From IMG/VR virus record IMGVR_UViG_3300038673_000135, positions 1-25,738 of that record: a stretch of DNA of 25,738 nucleotides; one strand, written 5' to 3'. This document shows, piece after piece, positions 25,282 to 25,738 of the stretch; positions within the stretch are counted from its first letter, which is position 1; every line of letters begins with the position of its first letter. Both the position numbers and the translations under genes were made by a program. Source of the stretch: a virus. Its lineage: Duplodnaviria; Caudoviricetes. The notes under the pieces are model-generated. The model saw nothing but the letters and a program-made list of their open reading frames with translations, had not been told where the DNA came from and searched no databases.

Positions 25282-25563
25282 ATGACGCGATACAGCCTGA
25301 GCGCCGACCCGGACACCGGGAAACCTTGCATGGTCATGGACCCGGAAGGGATATGGTGCTGCGTGGGTGAGGTTGACAGGACCATCCGGAACCTCGAGGC
25401 ACTGATTGACGCATACGAGAGCAGAATGGAGGAACACAAGGATGAACAGACGGGAGAGACGCAGGACGAACAGGGAGGCGGAGAAGGCCTCTGTCTTGAG
25501 ACCAATGACGAATGGTCAGATTGTGGCCATAGCGCAGAACAGTTTCGAGAAGGGCCGGATTGA
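25282..25563 (+). CDS. hypothetical protein
   Basis: GAGGTG RBS; its C-terminal part overlaps the next ORF and may not be functional. Confidence 0.55.
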   Translation: MTRYSLSADPDTGKPCMVMDPEGIWCCVGEVDRTIRNLEALIDAYESRMEEHKDEQTGETQDEQGGGEGLCLETNDEWSDCGHSAEQFREGPD

Positions 25564-25738
25564 CGGTGTGAAGGCCGGTATCCGCGTGGCCGTGGAAACA
25601 TGCATGAACGCCTATGCACTGGTGTTGTCGGAGAATGAGGGGTTTGACCAGGATCGGTTGAACGGGGTCTTCCAGGCATGCAATGACGGTGTGAAGGCCG
25701 GTATCCGCGTGGCCGTGGAAACATGCATGAACGCCTAT
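25442..25738 (+). CDS. 3'-partial hypothetical phage protein
   Basis: GGAGG RBS; MNRRERRR... start typical of Firmicutes phage early genes; runs off the window. Confidence 0.65.
   Translation, partial: MNRRERRRTNREAEKASVLRPMTNGQIVAIAQNSFEKGRIDGVKAGIRVAVETCMNAYALVLSENEGFDQDRLNGVFQACNDGVKAGIRVAVETCMNAY
25561..25738. repeat. exact 55-bp direct repeat ending at the window edge
   Basis: 25561-25615 is identical to 25684-25738. Confidence 0.95.

Noticed and set aside
1-25738. DGR template repeat or reverse transcriptase
   Set aside because: I found no second, AAC-rich copy of 35-154 and no RT-like ORF by eye.

Overview
This window holds most of the genome of a high-GC siphovirus, probably infecting a Clostridia-like Firmicute (inferred from gene families and strong GGAGG Shine-Dalgarno sites). 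Almost all genes are on the + strand. Order: the 3' end of a DUF6273/C-type-lectin-like gene carrying a DGR-type variable region; an N-terminally truncated D5/P4-type primase-helicase; an ArpU/RinA-like late activator; HNH-terS-terL-portal-ClpP-type protease-HK97 capsid (with an Ig-like extension); neck genes; major tail protein; tail chaperones with a -1 frameshift; tape measure; a large Tal/RBP with no Dit gene before it; a lysis cassette; a 48-codon cI-like remnant with no integrase; Cro; an accessory block (HExxH protein, orphan DNA MTase, truncated Lar); Gam, Sak, SSB; an initiator with iterons, a loader-like gene and RusA. The most notable signals are the orphan DGR-like variable region in a non-tail gene, the collapsed lysogeny module, two coexisting replication modules, the Dit-less tail tip with nested domain insertions, and an identical 11-mer after three terminator-like hairpins. 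Several translational devices also stand out: an ATT start for the portal, a hairpin-split RBS and an internal endolysin start. All family assignments come from motif recognition by eye, not from database searches.
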